A stretch of DNA of 57,462 nucleotides, the filler included, from Bipalium vagum (taxonomy: Eukaryota): the NCBI GenBank assembly GCA_037834085.1. It is 3 parts of 3 records of this genome, joined end to end, with 100 filler letters (N's around TTAATTAATTAA, not from the genome) between each part and the next. Parts side by side here need not be neighbours in the genome. Positions count along the whole stretch, not along the records: positions 39,544 to 57,462 come from JBBMKC010046556.1; 2 more parts are not named here. One strand, written 5' to 3'. The notes under the pieces were generated by a model. It saw nothing but the letters and a program-made list of their open reading frames with translations. It did not search any database and was not told the origin of the DNA. Position 1 is the stretch's first letter; every line of letters begins with the position of its first letter. A program made the position numbers and the translations under genes. This document shows positions 40,543-52,200 of the stretch, piece after piece.

Positions 40543-41646
40543 TTAGTAAATCGTACCATTAGAAGGTTCAAAACGATAGCAATTAGTCCAGCTTACCTTG
40601 TAGGTTTTATCTGGTTTGGAAGGTTTCTGTTGTTTAACTGAAATGGTAACATTGTTTTTCTGTACAACGGAATCTATTGGAATAGAGTCTGAACCTTCGT
40701 GAGTTTTTTTATGTTTGGCCAAATGATCACTTCTCATGAAACGTTTATAACACAAAGGACAGACGAAGCGCTTTTCACCGGTATGGGTTCTCATGTGTCT
40801 TTGGAGCTCGTCTGATCTGGTGAATGATTTGGAACAGAGATGATACGTACAAACGAATGGACGATCATTATTGTGCCATCGGATATGGGCTTTTAAATGA
40901 CTGGTTTTTCCGTACGTTTTGTGACAAATATAACAGATGTGAACCTTTTTTGCACCGTTAAGATTGGTTCGAGAATTGAGACCTTGGTGACAGTTGGGAC
41001 ATGTACATTTTTGACATTTTCGTTGGCCTATTTGCGAAATACTGGTCTGATTTGAAGGAACGGACAATTTCGTTTGATTTGTCAGTAAGGCTGATATGTT
41101 CGGTTGTGGACTGTGACTTCTCATTATTTCAACGGGTGATGAGAAATCTTTACAACTCAATAAAGACGGAAGAGAATAGGGATAAGAAAAACAATTGATC
41201 GATCTGCGATAAAACGGTTCGACACGATCATCAACACCTTGGGTCGACAATGAATTCATCAATGGTATTTGGTTCTTGGAATCCAACGGTGGAATTTCAA
41301 TACAAGGTTTTCGGGCAATTGGTCTGATAGGGGTATTGTGACAGCCATTATGTTTTACCGTCGCCGTTCCAGTTGTTATCTGACAGGTACTGGTCAAATT
41401 TTGATGAACGAAAAACTTTTCCGTCGTTCTTTGCAGAGCTGTCATTTCTGGACTTTGCCAGAAATCATTGGAATTGACGAGAAATCTGGTCGAAACGTTC
41501 GACTGAGACGGCATATAACACAAATCAATCGATGGAGATATTGATCCTGAGATAAATTGTGAGAACTTATTACCGAAAAAGCTTGGAGAATTCGGCATGA
41601 CTTGCAGCCCAGACGGAATGTTGATAACAGCTGATCCGGAATTCAT
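40543..41646 (-). CDS. sp5: Sp5/buttonhead-type C2H2 zinc-finger transcription factor, 367 aa
   Basis: Btd box [11 protein letters not shown] and three Sp-type fingers ([42 protein letters not shown]). A splice acceptor TTTGTAG| lies just upstream (41650). Sp family membership is certain; the Sp5 subfamily call is inferred from the R/K-C-x-x-C-x-CPNC box and [11 protein letters not shown]. Confidence 0.9.
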   Translation of the reverse strand: MNSGSAVINIPSGLQVMPNSPSFFGNKFSQFISGSISPSIDLCYMPSQSNVSTRFLVNSNDFWQSPEMTALQRTTEKFFVHQNLTSTCQITTGTATVKHNGCHNTPIRPIARKPCIEIPPLDSKNQIPLMNSLSTQGVDDRVEPFYRRSINCFSYPYSLPSLLSCKDFSSPVEIMRSHSPQPNISALLTNQTKLSVPSNQTSISQIGQRKCQKCTCPNCHQGLNSRTNLNGAKKVHICYICHKTYGKTSHLKAHIRWHNNDRPFVCTYHLCSKSFTRSDELQRHMRTHTGEKRFVCPLCYKRFMRSDHLAKHKKTHEGSDSIPIDSVVQKNNVTISVKQQKPSKPDKTYKVSWTNCYRFEPSNGTIY

Positions 41647-41982
41647 TTTCTACAAAGGGAAAAAAGAAAAAAATTAATTGACAATTAAAACAAAACGTTT
41701 CTTTTTTCTTTTTCTTTTGTAAAACGAAGAACATTCAATGCCAAAGCGATGTGCAGTGGATATTATTTTTTTCAATAAAAAAAATCTGTAACAGACAAGT
41801 TATTTCAACGAATTTTTGTCGCTGACATTGTCAGAAATGTCCCTCTTTTTAATGTTGGGGATAAAAGAAAAATAGCTCTTCCATAACCCAGACTTTCGAT
41901 ATATTGTTTGCCAGAAAAATCAATGGCAAATTAAAAAAAATAAAAACCTATTATTAGTGATCACAATTCAAAGTCAACTCAC

Positions 41983-42235
41983 TTGGAAATCGGGTAATAA
42001 ATTGATCGGATCTGATTGATTGATTGATCGATTTAATTGTATCCAAAGCAAAAGTAAAGGAGAAAATAATCACGACGGCCCGTTAACGTAGAGAATAGGT
42101 TTCGATAAACATTGACAAGAATATTCTGCCGGACAACATGAAATAATAATACTGCAGAACAAGCTCTGTGATGGATAATTTATATATGGTGGCTATAAAT
42201 TTCAACAACTTTGTACATTTAAACGACCAATCATA
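41983..42235 (-). promoter_or_regulatory. Probable sp5 5'-UTR exon and core promoter
   Basis: Donor CAA|GTGAGT at 41982, TATATAAA (minus) at 42179-42186 and CCAAT at 42227-42231. No in-frame ATG lies in the exon. Confidence 0.6.
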
Positions 42236-42344
42236 ATCCGCTAAACGCAAGATGAGGCTTTATTATTATTATTATTATAATAATTATTTCAGGAACAGCT
42301 ATCGAAAAGTACAGCATGATTAACAAGCATTTGATTGCTGTATG

Positions 42345-42595
42345 GATAAACACAAACACAAACACCCACAATCACACACACACACATTAACAAACACACT
42401 CGTGCACATGAACATACAAACAATCAAGCGATCTCGCGACAAACATTTTACAGTTATTAAACAAACATATTCACACATGCACACACAGGCATGCACCGAT
42501 CAGAATTTTTTTCAGTTGAATTTAGTGCTTGGTATGTGTGCACAATGTATGCGTGATCGTTTGTGTGTATGCGAATGAGAGATAGAGAGAGATGA
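42345..42595. repeat. CA-rich / GA-rich low-complexity tract upstream of sp5
   Basis: Degenerate (CA)n followed by (GA)n. Confidence 0.7.
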
Positions 42596-42644
42596 TGCAA
42601 AAACGGTTTGAAACTATAAAATTTTCTAATCATAACTTTATCAT

Positions 42645-42860
42645 CCAGATCAAAGTAGGCGTACCGCTCTAGAGACATAAAAACCGGCTGCAGAGAGGCG
42701 GGACCGGCATCAAAGACCGATTGAAAGAGCGCGAGAGAGAGAGCGCGGGTTATTGTTTGTATGGCGGTATCTCGCTAACCAATTAAATCAGGTGGTTACG
42801 ATGGCGGCAACATCAAAGAAACGCTTTGATCTCTTGATATGCGCCGCCGATCTAATTACA
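42645..42860. promoter_or_regulatory. Candidate Wnt-response element: clustered TCF/LEF HMG sites, Helper sites and a GC box
   Basis: ATCAAAG at 42649, 42709 and 42812; CTTTGAT at 42824. TGGCGGT at 42762, TGGCGGC at 42802, GCCGCCG at 42843. GAGGCGGGAC at 42695. The whole cluster sits in a GC-rich island. Confidence 0.75.
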
Positions 42861-44731
42861 GGAGGTACACACTGGGCACACACAATTAATTGAAAAGTTT
42901 TTTTTTGTTTTTTTTTGGGTTCTTTTTTTTCTCGATGCTATAGTTTTTTTTATTTATTTGAAGACACTGGAGCTCGGTCGTTCTCAAAATCAGTGGTTTT
43001 CACCATATATTACCGTTTTAATCTGTGTCGACTAAAGATGGAAATGAGCGAATGGAATTTTGTATTTACATTAAATTTTATATTCACATTAAAACAAAAT
43101 ATGGAAATCGTACGGAAAGAAATATATTCTGATTTTACAAAATATGGACAAAAATACGGTTCTGTCGTCAAGTGAAACATTTCTGGTATTCAGAAATCGT
43201 TTAACAACGAAAAAAATACTTTTCTTGTCAAATAATAATAAAAATTAAAATTCATCAATAAATTAATATAAAAATAGAGCTCTGATTTCTGTGTTGTTGG
43301 TTTCTTGGTTTGTCAAATTATACCAAAAAAAAAATCAAGCTTAATTAAAATTAATTAATTAAATTAATTAATTCTTTCTAAATTCCGATTTCAAATAACG
43401 ATTTTTGCCTTTGATTAATGTTTCTGAAATTAATAATAAAAATATCAATAATATCAATAATAATAAAAATATTAATAATATCAATAATAAAAATAAAAAT
43501 AATAAAATATCAATAATATCAATAATAATAATAATAAAGATTGGGAAAATCTTTTCAAACATTTCTCCACAGTTTCTTTTCGTATGGCTTCTTCGTTAGC
43601 TTTTGTTGTTTGAATTCCCATTGTCATAAAATGGAATTTTGTCGTGATGATAAAAATTTGACATCGGTGATTTTTTTTTCTGCTTTTTCTGCCGTTCAGA
43701 TTTTTTAATTACAAAATAAATCGACATAATTTTATTAAATGAATGATGATTGCATATGAATTATTTTGTCCAGAATTTGTTTAAGTTTGCAATCGAGTCC
43801 GTGAAAGCATTCGTACTTAATTATCTGACATTAATGAAGATTATAAACAGCCTTTTCCATTTCCGACAGACGACAGTCAGATTAGAGCGTTGGTACAGAG
43901 AGTTGGGTTGAATAATTGTCATCAATCAATAATGTGTTATTCACATTGGCTACATTATTATTATTAATAATAATATTATTATTATTATAATGGGCGGTAC
44001 ACGCTTACCGATGTATGGACGCGTTTGATCGTTCCGACACTAGAACAAATACCAGATAGGTAGAGCGATTTGGAGATTGAATGCGAGTTCAATTGATTCG
44101 ATGTTGGCCTCATATGCCGGGTGGATGCGGTCCGACTTTCAACAATTGCGGTATTTTTTGTTTTACTCAATCTTGTCAGTGGTCTTTTTCAAGTTCTCTC
44201 GCTTCAAGTTCTCTTTGCTCGCTTGCTTGTTTCGTGTTCGATCTGAACAGGCCTGACATGGATTGGTGAAGGAGATTGGGTATTATAATTATTATTTATT
44301 ATTTTTTTCATTTTTATTTTTTTTATTATCATCAGAGATATTGGAAGAATAATTCGAGGAAAATTGTCCACACTTTTTTCAATTGTCTTTTTGGATTTTC
44401 CATTTTGATCTTATCCGAAATCACGAATAAATTTTATGCATCTGATTATATCTTGATTGACTTGCCATTTGAATTACAATACCATTTGGCTCGGTCATAT
44501 AAATTGTACGAAGAATGCAATACGGAAAATCGGCGAGAACAATTTTCACATGACGGAAAAATGTGAATAACATTAATTTTTCAGGAAAGTTTGTAATTTA
44601 ATTTATTTGTTTTAATTGAAAGAATATCATTTTGGTTGATATTGATTTTTATTTGAATTTGAACCAACCAAATGTTAAGAAAGAAAAAATGAAATAATAA
44701 TGATAATAACAAATAATAATAATAATAAAAA

Positions 44732-44732
<1 letters not shown>

Positions 44733-44776
<44 letters not shown>
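44733..44776. repeat. (AAT)n microsatellite
   Basis: AAT run. Confidence 0.9.
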
Positions 44777-45221
44777 CCTTTATTAATGACCAATAAGATT
44801 GAATCTTTTATCAAATTTTCCCCTAAGAATATGGAGGAACTATGTCACAGTTTCTAATAAATGTTTAGGTTGGTCTTTCATTGTTCTTTAACTGCATTAA
44901 ATGATTTTAATAAAAGATTCAAATTTTATTTGTTAAAGGTTAAAGTCTGCAAGTTAAATATTCGAAAGTAATTATTGAATTTGTAACTTAAAAGGTACGA
45001 TCAATAAAAATAAAAAAACAATTATTTAAAATATGTATTCAACATCTGAAACTGTTGGCCGGATAATTAGATTCGGAAAAATCAAAGACGGGCGCATCTT
45101 TGTCACGGAAAAGAATTTAAGTTGAAAGAAAGGTGTGTTATTCATAAAAGGAGGTTTTTCAAAAACAACAGCGCTTTTTAAAAATTCTGAAATATTCAAA
45201 ATATCCAACTGAAAAATAAAT

Positions 45222-46112
45222 ATAGGGTGTTCCATAAGAAGCTTTACTGTTTTGAATTCAGTTTGTTGCGGATAATGCATGACGATTTGCATTTAAAAGC
45301 CTATAAGATTAACTTAGTGCAACAGATTAAAGAATCAGAATCAATATTGCCGAAATTATTAAAATTGGTTATTAGATCGATCGCTTGGTGAAAAAGCATT
45401 TTGACCAATGAAGCTCACTATCGCTTGAGTGGAGCAGTAATCAACAAACAAATATGGGCCACAGCAACCATATGTTTTGATGGAGGAAGCATTACTTTCA
45501 CCAAAAATAACTGTATGATGTGAAATATGACCAAGAGATGGAATTGATTCGTACTTTTTTGAGTATGGTGTGAATAAGACAGTTAAAGTGAATGGAAAGC
45601 GATTTTGACACATGATCGAAACATTTATGCACCCCAATCTGATTGATTATAATGTTGCAAATAATTACTTTCAGCAGGATGGTGCCACACCCAATACAAA
45701 TAGTAAAGAAATCGCATTATTGCAAGAAAAATTTCCATCTCATCTAATCTCTCGTTTCGATGATTTTGATTGGCTTTCTAGATCTCGACTTAACGGGTTC
45801 GGACTATTTCTTATGGGGATATTTTAAAGATAAATTCTATGCGAATCATCCATCAACAATTACACAACTGAAACTTAACATTTCTGCAAAAATCGACCTG
45901 AGTTCAAAATGTTGTGAAGAATGTTATAAAGAGCCGAAAGCTGTAATCCTGCCAGAGGCGGTCATTTGAATGACATCATATTTTAATTGAAAATTTTTGT
46001 AATGTCTGTCTTTACATAAAAGTATAAATGAAACCACTTTGCTTTGTTAATTTCTTTCTACGGAAGAACAAGAACGAATGAAAGTAGTAAAGGTTCTTTT
46101 TGAACAACTAAT
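45222..46112 (+). mobile_element. Degenerate rosa/DD41D-like element with TIRs, same family as 3078-3626
   Basis: Ends TAGGGTGTTCCATAAGAAGCTTTACT and AGTAGTAAAGGTTCTTTTTGAACAACTA. Motifs YFQQDGATPN and DYFLWGYFKDKFY. Shares CTGCCAGAGGCGGTCATTT(G/T)AATGACATCATATTT with the copy at about 3505. Confidence 0.85.
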
Positions 46113-47399
46113 ATATAATATAAACACAAACAGTTAGTTATGATTTCCATGCTTCTAATTATCTCATAAAGGTTATTTTCCGAGACAAGAATTCCGAGTG
46201 GAAACATAACACAACACCAACTATTTATTCCATTAGGTTTTCCAACTGTTAATATAATATAAATAAATAAAATATTGGAAACATTTTCGATTATTTTATT
46301 TTTATGTTTATTTTGAGAAAATCAATCTCTTATTGATATTATCGAATTTTCTATGACCTTGAAAATTATAAAGCTAATTTATTGGGGAAAGATATTTTTC
46401 CAAAACAACCAAATTAAAGAATTTTTTGTTTATATCGATAACTTAATATATTATCGAGTATCCAACAGAATTGGAAACCACGAAAGGATAGATTACAGTA
46501 AATTGATCCAAAATACCGGTGCCATATAATACTTTCTTCATATTTTATCAAATTTTGATACCAGGACTCCAGCAAATTCCATTATGGAAAACATTGATCT
46601 GTTGAAAACCAGTTGACGATTTTATGACCCTGTCTACAGTAAAGTAATCATTAAGTCACAGTATCAAAACAGTATAAATGGCAAATATAAACAAATAATG
46701 TATTTAAATTAATTGAGATTTCGAGGATAGTTGATTTAAACAAATTAAAAATATCAGCTGAACGTATTTTCCCTCGTATTGGATATGCACGCAAAAATGG
46801 TAAAGTGATCCAGCTAATCAATGGGCACAGGCAAATTGACCAATGCGCTTTCCTCTCATGAATGGCACGAATTGGTAAAGGTTCCAAAGTAACGACAGCG
46901 GGGTGTCCTAAATAGGACATTTCCAATGAATATTGAGGAGGAGCTTCTGTTTCATAAGCTGTAGGGATTGTTTAAATATAGCGGTATCATACGTTGATTA
47001 TGTAATTCTGAAATTTTATACATTTTTAAAAAAATTATTGATTAAATATTTTACGTTGTTTTTCCATATTTTTCCAATGTTATTATTATTATTATTTATT
47101 ATTTATTATTATTATCATTATTATTGTCACAAAAGTTATGAAAGATATATAATTTTCTTTTTGAGGTTGAATCTAACGTTTTTCATTATTGAACAAAATC
47201 ATGTATCACTGGTAACAGATAAATATATTGTTACCCTACATTTTTGCTTATACACCGCAGCTTATATATACGAGAATTATTGAATTCAGGGGAAACTCAC
47301 AACACGGCATTTGCATGAGTTCGACTTATCTATGTAAATTTGTAATTTATAAAAACTACGGAACAAAAAAATTTATTGACGTTTTGGTCCAATGCAAAT

Positions 47400-47830
47400 A
47401 TTTTCTATCCAATACTTGATGATATCAGACCCAATTCATTTTTTTTCGTTTCCTGTGACCAGAACTTCTTTGGGAAAACACTTTTAGACATATTTTTTCA
47501 ATTAAATATCAGTCAAGGTTTGTATTTTTCAACATCGGCTGTAACTCAAAATACAACTGTAGTTAGCTTGACATCAGATGATCCTTTCCTCTCAACTGTG
47601 TAACCACTGGGCATATTGACACTGATGCACACCTCATCAATATTGCCGATATGGTCAAAATCGACCCATATATATAGCATTTTTGATAAGAAGATTAAAT
47701 ACTGTCATTTTTTCTTCCCAATCCTTCAGAAATTTCTGTTCGTTAGATCTGACGATTCTTACCGATAAATTATGTTTTCCATGAAAATATGAACCAACAG
47801 TTTTCGTTGACTTGAATAATATTTTCGAGT
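47400..47830 (-). mobile_element. pogo/Tigger transposase fragment
   Basis: IGNIDE...NMPSGYTVERKGSSDVKLTTVVF*VTADVEKYKP matches the pogo DDE N-terminal motifs. Confidence 0.7.
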
Positions 47831-50800
47831 TTTTTTGTATTCATTGATATTATGAAATTTGAAAATGTTATTGATTTAACAATATTCAAACGAATTTGAT
47901 TAAAATGGTATGTATTAATTTTAATAAGTTTCTAAAAGTACATGTTACAGCATATGCATGAGTTCGGCTTCGGGTAGGTCAGACTTTTTGGAGATCAATA
48001 GAACAACTTCCACGATCGCTTTAGTAGGTTCATTTAAATATTTATAACTTTAAGGGAAAGACTTTCTAATAACCCTTTTTATTAAATGATTTTAGAACTT
48101 AAAAGAGTGTCAAGATTCCAGTTCTCATGGAAGTCATTGTTGTCTGGTTTAATAATGATTTATTCTGTTAGACACATTTCGGTCCTGGGGAACTGCGATT
48201 TTGCGTGTCTTAAAAGAGCTTGTAACGAAGTTACTGTTATATCCTAGGTCGATATAATTAAGGCATACCATTCTTTTTAAAATCACAAATCAAAGGTTGC
48301 ATCGCTCTGTAATTGAGTTTTCATTTTTTATTCTAACCTTTTCCAAGTAACATCCACGACATCTTCCTGATCTTTAATTTCAATATCCTGGAACGAGTTC
48401 CACAATTTAATTTTAAAAGAGATTGTTTATGTAAAACATTTGAATTGATGTGACCCGTTTTATTATGATACAAGGAACACTTAATTATAAAAAAAGCGAT
48501 ACATGCACACTAATCAAAGTATTTTCCTTCGTTTGATATTAGCTTTTCCTATTTGACTGGCATTTTAGGAGGAATTTTTAACAGAAAAACGATTCGTCAA
48601 TCGAAATGATTCATTCATTGACCTAATTTTCTATTTCTTCATAATTTCTGAAGTGCTGTTTCGAAATCCCGTGTGCCATTGATCGAAACAATGATTATTT
48701 TTCATTTATAATTTTTTAATTAATATTTTTACGTTTTTAAATATTTTTTCTTCAGAGAAGACCTCAAGAAACATTTCATAATAACTGATAACTGATTGGG
48801 AAAGCAACTTCTTCAATTCATTAACAAGTGACTTATATTATTCCAGATATGTGAATATTCTTTTTCCTCTGCAACTCTCCCGTCTCAAAATATCAACATT
48901 TGCTTCATTATGCTTACTCTACGATTTACCACTTCAATGATATGAAGCGTCACGCTTCCTCCCTCAATATTGTACTGAAACCCACAATAATTCCGTCATA
49001 CGAAGAAAGTTTGACTTTCAGTTGACCTCAGAGTTGGAATGAGTCTGTATCCTAGACTCATGTTAAGTACCCTAGAAATGTTTCTGCTAAACATATGTCA
49101 ACTGACCTCTAAATAGATGCAGATTAAAAATATCTGTTTTAACATTTGTACCATAACACATATACGGTCAGACGTGGCTGGCAATTAGGTATTATTATTA
49201 TTATTATTATTAATATTATTATTCTAATACATTTATTGAGAGAACTGACTTTTTGGTGATCTGATAAAACTACAAAGTGTATGACGGTTGGAGCTCACGC
49301 ATTGATAACAATCTGTAGTATGCGGTTCAGCATCTCAAACCTCCTTTAAGAACCTAGTGATACTACAAGTACAAAGTAATACATAATAAATATTATCTTT
49401 AAATATAATTAATTCTTCTACGAATATTCTCTGAAATCTGTCCAACAAAATATTATTAATAAAAATTATTATTATATAAAAAAATATGCGACTTTATACA
49501 ATTTTTTGAGTCATAAATTAAATAATATAATTGATAATAATATCAAATTTTAAAAATAAAAATAAATTAAAAGCAAATTAATAAATATTACAAATAAGTT
49601 AGTTAAGTTAACATTTAAAATAAAAGTAATAATTAAAAATAAAGGAATTATATTAAATCTTTATAATAAAAATAAAATAATAACTAAATTAAAAAATAAT
49701 TAAATAAACAATACTAAAATATTAATTAATATTATATAATTAAATTATAATAAAATTAAAATATAATAATTAGATAATTAAATAAAAAATAATAATCAAA
49801 CAAAAACAAATTATTAATTAATTAATTAAATTGTAATAATAATAAATTAAAAATAATAAAATAATAATAGTATTTAACTAAAAATAATAATTAATTAAAT
49901 AAATAATTAGTAATTATATTAAATATATCAACGCATTAAAAATAAAGATAAAAATTAAATTTAAATAATAATAAATAATTATTAAAATCGTAATAATTAA
50001 ATTAAAATAACAAAAATAATAATAAATATTAATTAAATTATAATATTAATAAATAGATATAATAATTAAATGAAAATATTTTATATTATATTTATTAAAA
50101 ATAAAATTTTAAGCTAAATAATTTGGATAAATTATAAATAATAATGATTAAACTAGAATAATAATAAAAATATTTTAAAAAAATATTATTTTAGTTGGAT
50201 ATTGTTTTGTCAGGCCCATAAGCAAAGTGCCACCTTCAAAATTATTTGTAGTAATAAATAAAAATATAATAAATTGCAAAAAATATAAATAAAAAAATTG
50301 ATAACTTTTCTACGCAAATTCTCATTCTGAAGTCAGTCCGCATTGAAGAGCGCGCGCAAAATGTTAATTACAGACAAAAATGTTAATAAAATATAATAAT
50401 AAAAAAAACAGAATGAAAAAATAACTGATCATAATGGGTAGATTAAACCTTTTGAAACCATTTCATCTGATACACTTACTGAGCCAGCTTTAGCAATAGA
50501 CCGTTTAACTTTAGACCGCTCTTTAAAAGAAGTACGTGAACAAATACGTTAAGTATCAAAATCAAATGTTATTCTTACAATGATCAATAGACAATGATCA
50601 ACAATGAAATGGCGATGTTATATTATTTTATTATGAACTAAATATATTATATATATTGAAAAAATAATAATAATTATTGAAGCAATTATAAAGTCAACTT
50701 TATCATGATTAAATTAAGCAGAACCAAAAACCCTCTGAAGAATATATTGATTGAAAAATTGATTATGATCTTCTCACAATTTGTTGGTATAGAGTTTTTA

Positions 50801-51247
50801 ATTTTTTTTGAAAAAACTATTTATTTTTTATTTTAAATTCTGATTATATGTGGAAATTATTTCAGAGTTCCTTTTTGATTTGGTTTTTTATTCATATAAA
50901 AATACGATTTCTACAATTTTTAGTATTATTTATTTAAAAATTTGTGGATTGTATTATTTTATTTAATTATTATGTTTAACATTTAATTATATATTATAAA
51001 TATTTTTTGGTAATTATTATTGTCATTATTATTATTATTATTTAATAATTAATTTAAATCATTTTATATACTAATGCAATAATCTCTAAATATAAAAATA
51101 ATATTTCTTCAATATTAAATTTTTTTAGAAATAGTTAAATTAATAATGCACAAAAAATTTTAAATAAAACATTTAAAAATCACTTAAAAATATTTCAACG
51201 AATTATTATTTGTTACATAAGTTTTCGTGGTTTTGAATTATATATAC

Positions 51248-51850
51248 TGGGTGATTCATACGTTCAGGAGGAAATATATGTATGAGTATTACTTTTTATA
51301 CCTGAAAATTAATAGATTTAATTTCAAATCGTTTTGTTTAATGTAATCGATTTTTATTTAAGTTATATGGATTTTCAGATTCGTATAATATTAGTGGAAT
51401 TATATTTAAGAAACAATCAATTAGCAGCTGCTAAGCTTTGTGCCTACAAAATTCTACACAAATTGCCAGATTCTAGTGTAATAACTGTTACTAGATTAAT
51501 CAAAAGATGTAAAGAAACGACATCGTTTTGATAGGCCTATTTTTGAAAAAAAATCTTGGAGTTAATTTTGAAGATAAACTCAAATGAAAACAGAGAAACA
51601 ATGAATTGGGTATGGCTAGCTCGGTTTATGTGAAACACAGGGTTTACCATAATTTTACATGACGAAACTTAGACGAGCTGAACATTCGAATAGCGGAATT
51701 GATAGCAAATATCAATCAAGATTAATTGAGACGATCAGTTCATAATCTACCAACAAGATTGGAATGCGATATGCAGAATAAAGGTGGCCTAACTAAACAT
51801 TAGTACTTTAATTTGATGTTATGTACATGTTATTCATTAATGCTGTTCCA
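51248..51850 (+). mobile_element. Degenerate rosa-like Tc1/mariner remnant
   Basis: TA-CTGGGTGATTC end, an HTH-like ORF at 51334..51531 and the C-terminal LDELNIRIAE...RLECDMQNKGGLTKH*. Confidence 0.65.
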
Positions 51851-51889
51851 AATATTTTTTATTAGGTTTAAATTTATTTACTTTGTGAT

Positions 51890-52200
51890 GTATAGGTAAC
51901 CATGCATTTGTAGGCAATAAAAATCTTCAATTACTAAAAATAATGAAAATTCAATCGATAATGTCATAAGGACCATTTGCAAATATCCACCAGTTTATTG
52001 AACCCTTTATTCAAGAAATTTTTAGATCAACTTAGCAAAAAATAAATAAACCACTTTTTAGGTACCTTTCCTCAGAATTAATAGAGGAAAAAATAGACAG
52101 CGAGCGAAAAAAGATAAAAATCTGTTGGTGCAAGGCCTGGAGAATACGGAGTGTCGAATAACAATTCAACCAATCTTAATTTAGGAGTTTGGAGACCGTC
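51890..52200 (-). mobile_element. mariner 3' fragment
   Basis: TPYSPGLAPTDFYLF on the minus strand at about 52110-52155. Confidence 0.65.

Noticed and set aside
4041-41646. Functional cluster of bark, sHSP and sp5
   Set aside because: The genes are separated by artificial contig linkers, so adjacency is unsupported.
43368-44814. Poly-Ile/Leu/Asn ORFs that look like membrane proteins
   Set aside because: They are translations of AAT/ATT microsatellite-like DNA.
47950-48350. Sola-like transposase fragment (IDLQKV*PTR)
   Set aside because: A single degenerate motif is too weak to call.
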